Assembly: GCA_010093995.1 (NCBI GenBank)
Contig: ML992506.1
Span: 1,505,508 to 1,569,507, forward strand
DNA: 64,000 nt
Reading direction: 5' to 3'
Origin: Elsinoe ampelina
Lineage: Eukaryota
Under the pieces are notes generated by a model. That model had not been told where the DNA came from. It made no database searches and saw only the letters and a program-made list of their open reading frames with translations. A program made the translations under genes and the position numbers. Below, one piece after another: positions 11,605-21,705 of this stretch. Within the stretch, counting starts at the first letter, position 1; every line of letters starts with the position of its first letter.

Positions 11605-14600
11605 CTACATATCAGCGACGGGCGCTTTTTGTACAGGTTCGTCGGATTTGCTCTCCAGGGGCTGTTCCTCAGTCATTACCGCCTCTGCTGGTTTTGCGTC
11701 CTCTCCATTCGTCTCGGACTTTGCCTCTGCGATGCTGTCACCAGTAGCGCTGACAGGGCTAGCTATCGCTTCTTCTTTGATCTCCTTTGCCAAAGCCGAC
11801 GGGTTCGAGGTCTCGCCACCTAACGATTCGCGCGCTTTGCTCCGCTTTGTGTAATCCGATAGGCTCATCTTCTTTCGGACAGGACTTGGGCTGACTGCAG
11901 CGTTGACATTCGGCGAAAAAAGAGGTGCTGTCAAGGGGGCGGAAGCTGGACCTGGCGTCACAGCAGTCGGCGATTGTATGAAAGATAACGAAGGCGTTCC
12001 GGCTATCGCTGAAGAAGGTTGCATGGCTGCGAAATTGGTTGGAGGTGGCATCTCCAGATGCATCGGAGGTATTCGTGATCCCGTTTCTGCAGGCTTCGGT
12101 TGCTCTGGTGAAGGTGATGGCTCCTTTGCAGGCTCAGGCTGTGTCTGATCCTGTATCGGCGGGGGCGCCTGCTCGTCCACTATGGGATTCGAGGTGATCT
12201 GGGAACCGCCGTCTGTGACTGATGGACTTGAATTTGGAGGGGAGATGGGCGTTGCCTGCTTATCTGCAGGTGACTCTGTCTTGACTTTTGTCATCAGCTC
12301 TGCATCAGGCATTACTGTGTCGATGTCATCTGCTAAAGGCACGAGTCGCGGCGAAGTATATGGTATTTCTGGCTCGACGGGGGCCTCTTCCAGTGCATCT
12401 GCTGGACCTGGTGGAGTCGATTTGTGAGGTGGCGATTTGGGGTCAACATCCATGGCGTCAAGTGTTGATTCTGCAGGTGGCGAAGGCTGCTGCTGGGTAC
12501 TCGTGTTTTTCTTGAAGTTGTTTGAGAAGCATCGCTTGAGCAGGCGTTGCGAGACGGAGACGTATCGTTTTCGAGGTCGAGGAGGCGTCTTTTGGGGTGA
12601 CTCATCGGTATCCATATCGCACTGTATCGAGAGATCTACGTAGGTCGATGTGGTCGAGCGAGGTGGTACAGCAGACTCTTTTCGTGGTGGTTTCGCCGTT
12701 CCAGCTTTCCGTTTGCTGCTTGAATTTCGTGAATGGAGTTGCGGTCGACTTGAGGTCCCAGCATCTGTATATCTCGAGCCAGTTCCGTTCGGTTTCTGCT
12801 GCACGCACTTAGCATTGCCATGTGAAATCGATGTGAAGTTGGGACGCACCGAAGATGCTGCGCCTTGGGGAGTGAGCGCAGAGCCACCACTGTGTCGTTT
12901 CTTCTTCGCTCGACCACTTTCAACCTCCTGACGACGGAACATTTCCTCTTCACGCATCAATTTCTTCTTCTCGCGCTCAGACAATTCCGATATGCCGTTC
13001 ATGGTCGGTACATTCCCGGAGTAGTGTGTGTTTGGTGTGATGTCGCGGCTCGCCGAAGCTTGTGATTCAGAAGCAGATCGCGATTCGGTGCCCTCGTCGT
13101 CTTGATCGGTCTTCCGGACTTCGCTTGCCGATCTGCTACGGTTGATGGACCCAGTGTCGAGTGCAGGTAGCTTCTTTCTTCTTGTGCTAGGCTTTGTGGG
13201 CTGGAGGGGCGGAGAAACGCCACGGCGATCGTAGTGCGCCATGAGACAGTTGGTGGAACCATTGTGTCGGTACGCGTCACAAGCACAAGGTCCACAGTTG
13301 GCCAACACATTGGAGACCCACGTCGAGATGTACTCTCTGGTTTTTGGCTGGAAGTTGCTAGATGTAGCCAAACTCGAATTGATGCGCTCTCGTATAGTTT
13401 GGGGCACTTGCCAGGCGATGGTGATTTCGTCCTCGGGCATGATTTCGGTCTTGGCCATGAAACAGAAGTGGTATGAGGTCTGATCCGTGATAATGGTCTG
13501 AAGCTCGGCGTTGGGTTGACAGCTCCGGCGGACGAATCGGAATCGAGAACCTTCCTGGCGCGCATCGATGCATATCGGTAATTGAGTGTGGAAGAAGACC
13601 ATGGGTTCCGGGTGATGTAACAACGACCATCTGTTTTCCACTTCTTGGATGTACTCATCTTGAAGGCTGATACGACCTCTCAGCTCGCCGATGAAAGTTC
13701 CTGCCGCGACATGATCTTTTGCGACAAGACGTGGCCATCGAGCAGAGCCGGTCTCGTTGGTGACCCGCTGATCCTCAACCCACTCGACGGTCGTTGGTGG
13801 GCGCCCAGGTATTTCCTCTATTCGGCCATCCCATCTCTTGAAGATTTCTGCCTGTGTGAGACCGCCTGTCGCTCTGCTTACAGCTTCAGGATCCGTAAGC
13901 CAGTCTGAAAGGTGAGCAGTCACGGTAATGTTGTTCATCAGATTGGTTTGCATCTCCACTTCTGGCGACTCCGGGCTGAAGGTATTGAGGAACTCTTCCG
14001 AGTAGAGTGGAATGAAGGTGGAAGTATCGAGTTCTGGCGACTTCGAAGGGCTCCTGGCAGTAGAGGCATTGGCGGTACCTGCTCGCTTTCGCGATGATTG
14101 ACTGATCGAATTGGACGACCTGTGCGAGGTCTTTGGCTTCTTCGCGGGTGGAGGCTGATCTCGTGGGCTGGCACTCTTGCGATCATGGTTGTGGATGTGA
14201 TTGTGTCGATCTGACCAGCCGTTCGCTTGAGCTGTCAACGAAGGTGACTCCTTGGCCTTTTTCTTTGGTGCTTTCGCAGGTGGACGCTTGACTCCATTTA
14301 TGCCGTTCCGTTGTTCGTACGCTCGTCGTTGACGTTCGGTAGCCTTTCTCGCATCAAGGTCGTCTTGTGGGACGCACTCCGTGCAGTAGTGCTTCTGGTC
14401 GTCTCCGGGTACTTCCTTTGGGGGAGGATAGTAACACGAGATGTGCTGCCATCTCAGACACTTGTCACACTGTACCGTGGCACCATCGTCGCCCGTATAC
14501 GCGCATATACAAGCGATTTCTCCATCATCGTCATCAGCAGTCTCCTCACTCGTGAGGGCTATGGGAGCGGACTGATGGTGAAAGTGCTCGAATGTAGGTA

Positions 14601-14661
14601 CAGGACCAAGCGGCTGGAGATTGGCAGCTGTCGGTGTCGCTAGCGACAGGGCTTCTGTCAT
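11605..14661 (-). CDS. SET3: Set3/Set4-like PHD-finger and SET-domain protein (Set3C HDAC complex subunit)
   Basis: PHD finger CIC...QCDKCLRWQHISC...HYCTEC. The degenerate SET domain has RRSCQPNA in place of NHSC, typical of the Set3 family. Probable 51-nt in-frame intron at 12799-12849. Confidence 0.88.
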   Translation of the reverse strand: MTEALSLATPTAANLQPLGPVPTFEHFHHQSAPIALTSEETADDDDGEIACICAYTGDDGATVQCDKCLRWQHISCYYPPPKEVPGDDQKHYCTECVPQDDLDARKATERQRRAYEQRNGINGVKRPPAKAPKKKAKESPSLTAQANGWSDRHNHIHNHDRKSASPRDQPPPAKKPKTSHRSSNSISQSSRKRAGTANASTARSPSKSPELDTSTFIPLYSEEFLNTFSPESPEVEMQTNLMNNITVTAHLSDWLTDPEAVSRATGGLTQAEIFKRWDGRIEEIPGRPPTTVEWVEDQRVTNETGSARWPRLVAKDHVAAGTFIGELRGRISLQDEYIQEVENRWSLLHHPEPMVFFHTQLPICIDARQEGSRFRFVRRSCQPNAELQTIITDQTSYHFCFMAKTEIMPEDEITIAWQVPQTIRERINSSLATSSNFQPKTREYISTWVSNVLANCGPCACDAYRHNGSTNCLMAHYDRRGVSPPLQPTKPSTRRKKLPALDTGSINRSRSASEVRKTDQDDEGTESRSASESQASASRDITPNTHYSGNVPTMNGISELSEREKKKLMREEEMFRRQEVESGRAKKKRHSGGSALTPQGAASSVRPNFTSISHGNAKCVQQKPNGTGSRYTDAGTSSRPQLHSRNSSSKRKAGTAKPPRKESAVPPRSTTSTYVDLSIQCDMDTDESPQKTPPRPRKRYVSVSQRLLKRCFSNNFKKNTSTQQQPSPPAESTLDAMDVDPKSPPHKSTPPGPADALEEAPVEPEIPYTSPRLVPLADDIDTVMPDAELMTKVKTESPADKQATPISPPNSSPSVTDGGSQITSNPIVDEQAPPPIQDQTQPEPAKEPSPSPEQPKPAETGSRIPPMHLEMPPPTNFAAMQPSSAIAGTPSLSFIQSPTAVTPGPASAPLTAPLFSPNVNAAVSPSPVRKKMSLSDYTKRSKARESLGGETSNPSALAKEIKEEAIASPVSATGDSIAEAKSETNGEDAKPAEAVMTEEQPLESKSDEPVQKAPVADM

Positions 14662-15807
14662 GCTAGATGATCCGACAGCGTCAGACTCAGCAGATCGATC
14701 TATGTTGCTTGGAAATCAGCGATTCTGCGTCGCATGACGAGTAGACGAGTCTATCGGCAAGATTGGCGAAGTTGACTGCTGCAGAGGACCGTCATCCAAG
14801 GACTGATGGACCGTTTCGTGCTGAAGACCTCGGTGATGAGGGGGTTCGATCACACTCTTCAGCGCGTGTTTCTGGACAATCTTTGGCGACAGAGATGTTC
14901 GAGAGTGTATTCCTTGCTCTTTCCGAACAGTTTCTGGCCAGAGCCGTACCTGACAGAAGTGAAACGTTCCTTGTACGTGCAGATTCTTGATCAGAAGGTG
15001 GGCGCGGGAGAGAAGGTGTGCCTTGTGGGTATCGAATGAATGCGCTTCGCTTGTAAATCGTTAATTTGCGGCTTCGACAGGTCGATAGATGATAAGATAG
15101 TCGTATGAGGCATGCAAAAGGCGGTATCGAGTGAGAAGGGATTGACAAAAGAGCCTCCCAGAGAGGACTTCCTGCAGAAAGGGAACCAAGGCACCTTGTT
15201 TCTCATTGGTCAGCGCGAAGAAGAACGATCACGTGACAGGTCCAAGCGCACGACGCGAATTTGGCGGCTGCCGTCGCCCAGGTAGTGCCGAAACACATGC
15301 GTAGAATGTCCTGTCGCCATCGTTATGCATGGCTCTGCACATCCTCTTACTCCAGCCTGATGGGAATACCCTTTCGATGAACGAAGATATTTTGATGATC
15401 GGACTGTTCTTTACATGAGTAGAATGCGCCCGTGGGAAGATAACAGTTCAGAACGGGAAGCCATTGTCTCACCAGTCCGTTTTGGGCAAGGTCCGGCCAC
15501 TAGCGCCATGAGATGTGAAGATCCAACTTTCTGACTGTTCGTTCTCCTCTCTTCCCTGCACACCCTTCCTTCCAAGACCCTCTCAATTCCTTAGCGCTCC
15601 ATTCACGACACCGACTCGATTAGCAGCCATATCTCTGGCGCTGGCTACGCTTCGGTCCCGATATGTCAATGCGTATTCTGTCTCTCTTACCCGACATTAC
15701 GCAGTTGGTGTGTTCCTGGAGCTTTCAAAGCGCTTTAGCGGGCACTTGCACTTTAGAGGTCGCTACATAGACTAAATGGACCTCCTTTGCGATAACCAGG
15801 TTGCGTT

Positions 15808-15840
15808 GAAGTGGGAAAGAGCAGGAAGTGGGAAAGAGCA
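15808..15840 (+). repeat. Short tandem duplication (16 bp x2)
   Basis: GAAGTGGGAAAGAGCA at 15808-15823 and 15825-15840. Confidence 0.8.
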
Positions 15841-16771
15841 AGAACAAGTGCAAGCCGGCCAACTGCCATGGATCCTGTTCACATCTTAATCATGAGCAAA
15901 TGTGACCCGGCAAGATGTCCATGATTGTGTTTCGCCCTCCGGTTCTGGATGCAGGTTTCCCCGGATTAGTCGTCCACTGTCTGAGTCGCGATGATGGCTA
16001 GTAATCTGCTTGGAAAGCGATGATACTCGTGTCAGATGTAGGTGTTATGAACGTCCATCGCCCGTGATCTTTACAGTCCTACAACGAGGTTTGCGGCGTA
16101 AGGGAGATCGAAATTCGATGCGGAATGGCTTCTGCAGAAGGTATCTGATGAGACAATGGAGGTACGCAAAGACTTGAAGGCGCACTGGGTAGATTGACCC
16201 TGTCTGGGCGCCAGGAAGGAGTCACGGAAGGTGTACAGAGATTGTGTAGTGAAAACGAATTCTCCGACTCCATAGTCCATGTTTATACTCATGCCTGCAC
16301 ATGTCAAGACCATGTGGCGGAGCGAGAACCGTTTGAAGAATGAACAATTTCGGTTCGGCGGAGGTGAGGAACCAGTACAGGGTTACCAGCAAAGGGACGT
16401 CCGGACCGAAGGCGAAGGGCACGTCCAGCCAAAGTGTCTCGTGATTGCTCAAGCCCTTTTCCGCTACGGAGCGCACGTCTCTCCGATACCTGACAGCCAA
16501 TCTCCCACCCGTTATACATATCGATCTAAACGTTTGCACTTTTTTGAAACGCATAGCATGTGCCGCTCACACTTTCCGAGGCAGGCATCTGGACCGCCGA
16601 CCATAGAAGAATAGTCTCAGTCCTTCTCCGTCAGAATCACGACGCACATGAGACATACAAACATGCGACTCACACCAGTATAAACGCCCGCTTCTTCTTG
16701 CGTCACTCTTTTAGACACTCTCGACGTGTCGCCTGTAGGCGTCTCCCCTTAGAGAAGCGCCAGCAGTGATC

Positions 16772-17725
16772 ATGGCCGACCAAGAGCATGGAATGGGAGA
16801 GGTGGCTGGGTCTGACAACAAGACATGTCCAAAGGCACCTAATCCTTGCGCGGATGCAAGACTGGAAGCCGAGGAGAAGGCGCAGGGCACAGCAGACTCA
16901 ATGCTGGTGGTGGACGGCGAAGAGTGGGATTTTGCGCTAGCTACAGCGACGGGAGCAGTCAAGCTGTTGATCACAGCTGTATCTGCTCTGGCGGAGATCA
17001 CTGGTGATGTACCTCCAACACCACCCGCTTCACGCCCAACGACACCTTCGGAGAAAGCCTTTGAGTCGAAACAAGAGAAACGGAGCGAGCCCCGCTATCC
17101 CATGTCACCTGTCTCTCCAGTGTCTCCAGCTTCCAACAATGGGACGGCCATCCTTCCGGTCGCTATGCCCAGTCCGGAAGCGCATCGAGATGAGCCAATA
17201 CCAGAGGTTGGAGTCGGAGCCCAAGCCGAGACTCGTGTAATTCAGCAGATGGCCATATCTCGGCGCTTCTTCTTGAAGACGGTGCCGCCATTCACGCTGT
17301 CACAATATCTGTTACGACTACACCAATACTGCCCTCACAGCCCTGGTGTGTACTTGACAGCGGCAGCGTATGTGCATCGCCTATGCGTTACGGATACGCT
17401 GGTGCCTGCTACGAACAAGACTATTCATCGCGTCTGCCTGGCGGCGATCAGAGTAGCAAGTAAGGCACTCGAAGATCACAAGTGGTCACAAGACAGGGTT
17501 GCAAAGGTCGGCGGTGTGAGTCGGAAGGAGCTCAAGAGTCTGGAAGTCAACCTTTGCTTCCTCCTCGACTTTGACCTCTTTGTCAGGGAAGCCGAGCTGA
17601 AGAGGCGTGTCTACGAGCTCCAGGAGGCTGCAAAGCAAGGCATTTCGATCAAGAAGAGATTGAGCATCAGTTTCGGCTCGCGTCTGCCTGTTCGCACCAT
17701 CTCCGAAGCTACGGAAGTGGGATGA
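16772..17725 (+). CDS. Pho80/Pcl7-like cyclin (Pho85 cyclin)
   Basis: Cyclin box PPFTLSQYLLRLHQYCPHSPGVYL...TIHRVCLAAIRVASKALED...AKVGGVSRKELKSLEVNLCFLLDFDL. First ATG is at 16772. Confidence 0.88.
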   Translation: MADQEHGMGEVAGSDNKTCPKAPNPCADARLEAEEKAQGTADSMLVVDGEEWDFALATATGAVKLLITAVSALAEITGDVPPTPPASRPTTPSEKAFESKQEKRSEPRYPMSPVSPVSPASNNGTAILPVAMPSPEAHRDEPIPEVGVGAQAETRVIQQMAISRRFFLKTVPPFTLSQYLLRLHQYCPHSPGVYLTAAAYVHRLCVTDTLVPATNKTIHRVCLAAIRVASKALEDHKWSQDRVAKVGGVSRKELKSLEVNLCFLLDFDLFVREAELKRRVYELQEAAKQGISIKKRLSISFGSRLPVRTISEATEVG

Positions 17726-19650
17726 AAAAGATTGATCAAGAGACGGAAACAACGCAATTAGCACCACGGAAAGGCGCCTTCGGCATCGTTAATCGCTTGG
17801 GTAATTCACAGCACCGCCAGATGACAGAGCACGTCCGGGATCTCATTTGTACGTCAGTGCAGCCAGAATCTTCCATCCGACAGAAGAGGAGCCCCAGCAT
17901 CAGCCAGCCACATCATGTACATTGGTGTGCATTGGCACACAGCGATCCCAGTGATGGGAGGAGGATCGACGTGCATGAAGACGAGAGCTGGACCTACTAC
18001 TGAAGAGTAGGCAACTGCTAGAGGCAGCCACAGCTCGGCAGGGACTGGGGAGGGCCACTTTGTTGGTATTTGGTCTACTTTAACCAATGACAAAATTTTC
18101 GACACCTTGTCCTTCGATGTTTCTGACGGATCTGCCATGGTCAGGCATGTCATGCGTGGCTGGTGACTTGTGGCATCACAGTCTGCAGCACGCTCCTTGA
18201 ATGAGGCCGAGTTGACGGTGGGCGCGTAATTGAGGCTTGTCGGCGGCACGGTGCTTGCCTGAATTCCTGAATACTGTACCTGTCCTCGAATGCCCCCACG
18301 ACGACGCGTCGTCTCTGGAAGAGGGATTATTGAGTCACACAGGTCATGCGTGGGATTGAACAAGAGCCTGCAATTGATTCGGATTCCAACCGCCACGACT
18401 CCGTAAAAAGACCAATTGCTTTCATGGTATGGTATGGTATTGAAGTCATAAAGAAGCAGATAAATGCTGTGGAGGGGTCGATCAAGGGCTCTGTCCTTGG
18501 ACTCCGCCTCAAGCCATCGCCAACGGGAAGAATAGACCAACTCTGCCGTCGCAGAATCCATCCATGACATCCTAACAACATCGATTCTTCCCCTTGAAAC
18601 GCTTACCTGGTGCGTGCGTGCATCTCACGGCAGCTGAAGTGGTTGGCACAGACCAGAATGCTTGAATTTCTTTCTCTGGGTGCCATGGAAATCACTGCTT
18701 CGCACCGTTCCGGTGACCAAAACTCTGCCCCAACAAGCTTCTGTCCAGACGTCTACAATTCATCACCGGCCACCAATGTATACACTCACATGAACTGCTG
18801 TCATCGCCGGCCCGTGGGCGTAGGTCGTCCCGCCGTGCGCTCGAGGATGGCCGTCGCGCGGGGCTCTGTTCTGCTCAGCGCACCGCCGTCTTCACCACGG
18901 CTTGATGGCTGTGCAAGCCTTTACTCTGTAAGCCAACGGATCTCTGAAACGTTCGTCATTGCTATTTGAGCTGCTTATACAGTAGCATTCGGATCTTCAC
19001 CAGCTATCTTCGCAGGATCCAGCTGCGTAAAACTATTGCTCTGAATGACCCTTCTCTAGGCTCCAATATCGTGCCTCAGGTGTCGAGTCCACGTACCCTC
19101 AGGACCGACTTTCACACAACTAATCGACATTAACCACAGATTTCCCCCTCTTTTGTTCTTTCCTTATTCACAATCACAACCAATTCCTCGTCGACTACAC
19201 ATATCCTGCTTTTCAAAAGATCAATCGCAGACACCTCGTCGTCGACCCATCCTTTCTGTCCTACAGCTCGCGTCCCCCTACCCAATCAACGTCACTAGCG
19301 CCACCCATCTCCGGGTCTAGTCCCGACATCCTCCTTGGCCCATCTATTACTCACACTACTCCAACTCCACTCAGGCAATACTCGACCTCATTCGCCAACC
19401 TAGACACGACTACTATATTGTGTCGATCAGCAATTCCTTGGTCTTTGCTTCTTTCACATCACTACACCACTTGCTATCACGCCGTCGGTGCATGTGCGTT
19501 ATACACATCACCCACACTGTATACGAGAATGGTCTTCGGATACCGCAACAAGCAAGACATCCTTGTCAGGAACTGATTTCTGGTAGACGCTGTCGAGGTC
19601 TGAGATATACAGCGACAGAAGAACACGTTCAGACCCAGCGACCCGCAACA

Positions 19651-21270
19651 ATGCCATCGTCTTCCACCTCTGGCTCTCGAAGGGGAAGCAGGTCCGAGGC
19701 GGGAAGGTCCTCTACCGGCTCGACGTCTTCCAGGAGGAGCAGCTGGTTAGATCGCTTCAGAGAACCTTCTCATGTCGTGGTCACTCATCGTCACAGGCGG
19801 AACCCCTCAAATGTCGTCCACCAGGTCGAACGACCAACATCTTCCCAAGGCAGCCATGCCGAGTCTTCAGCGACGTCAGAAGCCGCTCCAACTTATCGGA
19901 CCGTGAACATGCGACCATCAGGTGCGACACCACCAACATCTCCTCGACGACCGGAACCACCGCGAAGTGATGCTACAGCACCAACGACTACCTCGTCAAC
20001 GTCACGTCTCTACCAGGCCGCTACCACTTCGTCGACACCAAGCCGTCGACATGCCCACCTCGAGCCCCGCTCTGCAGGTTCAGGCCGCACTAGGACCAAT
20101 TTGAATCAAGAGGACCAATCTCCCCCCCGCCGCTCTGGGGGTTCGTCTCGCACTATCATCCACGACCCTGACCCTAGATCCCGTGACTCCACCTCGTCGC
20201 GTCACAGTACTACTTCTCCAACTTCGACCCGTCCCTTACCTCCTTCTCCTTCCTCTCACCCCCGCACATCAACCAGCAGTCCATCCCCATACTCCGCCCA
20301 TCGATCATCACCCCAACCACCTCGGACCCCACCACCATCATCAAATATCGTTCACGATTCCCAATCCACCATGCGTACCGCCACTCGTCACTCCCTTCCA
20401 CCGAACACCATCCTGGTCCCTGCCCATTCCACATCTCGCCACAGTCGCATCGTCTCTACACCCGGCCTCAGTACCCTCGACTCCACTCGTCGCCCTCACC
20501 GTGACTCAGGCTACCTCTCCTCGCCTCACTACACCCCGTCAGGGAGCGATGCCTCCCACCCAGCAAGCACATACTACACTGCCGCACCTGCCGCCAATGG
20601 TCCAACGACCCACTCCCGCCACACTTCCCACACATCCACATCCAGCGCCCCTTCCGGTGACTGGGGCTTCGGCCCCCGCGACCTCCCTCTCCGCCGCCTC
20701 GACACCGACTTCCGTCGCGGCTCCGACTCAGGCTTCGGCTCCGAGCGCAGACCAAGCGATAGTCCCGTCGTGCCCATCTCAGGCTCCGCCACTCTCGGCC
20801 AGCAGGGGACGAGGCACCGTCAACCCTACGCCGAAACAGTAGCGGACAGTGAAGCCGGTGGATCAGGCTCTCGGTCTCACCACTCCCGGTCCCACTCTAC
20901 CACTCATTCCAACCCCCACGATCGCAATCGCGATCGCCCGACCCTCGAAGCAACCGACAGGAGTCCAGGACGAACCACAGCCGCCGCAACCCACGGCTCC
21001 TCCACCCGTCCCCCACGCGCGGCCAGCGTCTCACGTAGCCGTCGGGACGAACCCTGGCTCGACGACCGCAGACCCATCCGAGGAGAGCGACGCGCCGTGG
21101 TCGAAGGGGAGAGGGACGAATGGGAAGACCGGAGACTAAGTCGAGGGGATGAAGCGAGGGCGTATATGGAGCGCACAGAGAGGGAGGGGGAGAGCGATGC
21201 GCAGAGAGGGGCGTGGAGGGATGTTGGGTGGGGGAGGGAAAGGGGGAGTAGGAGGAGCGGTGGTCGTTGA
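19651..21270 (+). CDS. Ser/Thr/Pro/Arg-rich low-complexity hypothetical protein
   Basis: Long open frame (~540 aa from ATG at 19651) preceded by a pyrimidine-rich leader; no recognisable domain. Confidence 0.55.
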   Translation: MPSSSTSGSRRGSRSEAGRSSTGSTSSRRSSWLDRFREPSHVVVTHRHRRNPSNVVHQVERPTSSQGSHAESSATSEAAPTYRTVNMRPSGATPPTSPRRPEPPRSDATAPTTTSSTSRLYQAATTSSTPSRRHAHLEPRSAGSGRTRTNLNQEDQSPPRRSGGSSRTIIHDPDPRSRDSTSSRHSTTSPTSTRPLPPSPSSHPRTSTSSPSPYSAHRSSPQPPRTPPPSSNIVHDSQSTMRTATRHSLPPNTILVPAHSTSRHSRIVSTPGLSTLDSTRRPHRDSGYLSSPHYTPSGSDASHPASTYYTAAPAANGPTTHSRHTSHTSTSSAPSGDWGFGPRDLPLRRLDTDFRRGSDSGFGSERRPSDSPVVPISGSATLGQQGTRHRQPYAETVADSEAGGSGSRSHHSRSHSTTHSNPHDRNRDRPTLEATDRSPGRTTAAATHGSSTRPPRAASVSRSRRDEPWLDDRRPIRGERRAVVEGERDEWEDRRLSRGDEARAYMERTEREGESDAQRGAWRDVGWGRERGSRRSGGR

Positions 21271-21705
21271 GACACTTGAACGCATTCACGGCACAGGATT
21301 GGTCGTGGGAAGTGGTTTCTGCGGGAACAGGAACGAGGACGAAAGGGATGGCGTTGGATTGAGGGGCTATTTTGGTTGCACCCTGCATTGCATTGATGAT
21401 TCAACGGATGGTGGGGGGGGGCACGTCGACGGGAGCAGCAGGGGAAAGGGAAGCGTTGCTTTGTTTGATACCCCTGGTGGGGCTGGGCAGGGCATACATG
21501 GTCATTAAATGCTGTACTATAGACGAGAAGATACCCGAATGTTACGCTACTCTTGGTAGATTATATAAACTTCCTCTTCCTCCCAAAATGCTTGCTCCAT
21601 GTCCACGATTCCGGTGTCTGGTAGGAGCAACGGGCGTTCTGTGAACCGCTCTTGCGCAAGATTGTGATCCGTCTAACTGCACCAAATATGGCTCTCTCGG
21701 TCTGT

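Noticed and set aside
15200..16770. Short ORFs and a 16-bp tandem repeat upstream of the cyclin
   Set aside because: No coding signal or homology is evident; the repeat has only two copies with no spacer, so it is not CRISPR-like.
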